From positions 1 through 64,000 of the forward strand of contig JAAILG010000629.1 of the NCBI GenBank assembly GCA_012026655.1: a stretch of DNA of 64,000 nt. Direction: 5' to 3'. Below are positions 63,866-64,000 of this stretch, one piece after another (position 1 is the stretch's first letter; each line of letters begins with the position of its first letter). Made by a program: the position numbers and the translations under genes. The notes beneath the pieces were generated by a model. The model did not search any database, had not been told where the DNA came from, and was given only the letters and a program-made list of their open reading frames with translations. The DNA is from Hydrolagus affinis (lineage: Eukaryota).

Positions 63866-64000
63866 TAATGACCATCTTGAATTACAATTCACTGTGAGGA
63901 AATGAAGGCATGATCCCACATCTCACCATTCAATGACAGCATTCACGTCCTCCCAACGTGAAAGGCGCTCTATAAATGTAATTTTGTTGTTGTTTTGTTA

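Overview
AT-rich vertebrate genomic DNA, most likely from a cartilaginous fish. The repeat landscape (Deu-domain tRNA SINEs with L2-type tails, L2, shark-type CR1 ends, Penelope-derived short elements) suggests a chimaera or elephant shark; this is inference. Two intron-containing genes lie in tandem on the minus strand. (1) DDR2, the discoidin domain receptor tyrosine kinase: a complete 16-coding-exon model from 24610 to 4124, about 864 aa, with candidate non-coding 5' exons near 38.2 kb and 50.4 kb. (2) UAP1, UDP-N-acetylglucosamine pyrophosphorylase: the 3' part only, 62505 to 55457, with the first coding exon outside the window. UAP1 then DDR2 is the same order as in mammals. Most notable: a non-canonical GA splice donor (CTG|GAAAGTA) inside the DDR2 kinase domain; a 48-nt UAP1 cassette exon homologous to the mammalian AGX2 insert, with RBFOX/QKI motifs downstream; Penelope-derived elements carrying minimal hammerhead-ribozyme cores, one folded back and flanked by a 13-bp TSD; a CpG-rich hAT-type MITE nested in a SINE tail; an in-frame tandem donor in the DDR2 stalk exon; and a ~100-bp hairpin next to a perfect 22-bp palindrome in a UAP1 intron. 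Exon boundaries were read by hand, and family or ortholog comparisons are from memory rather than database searches.
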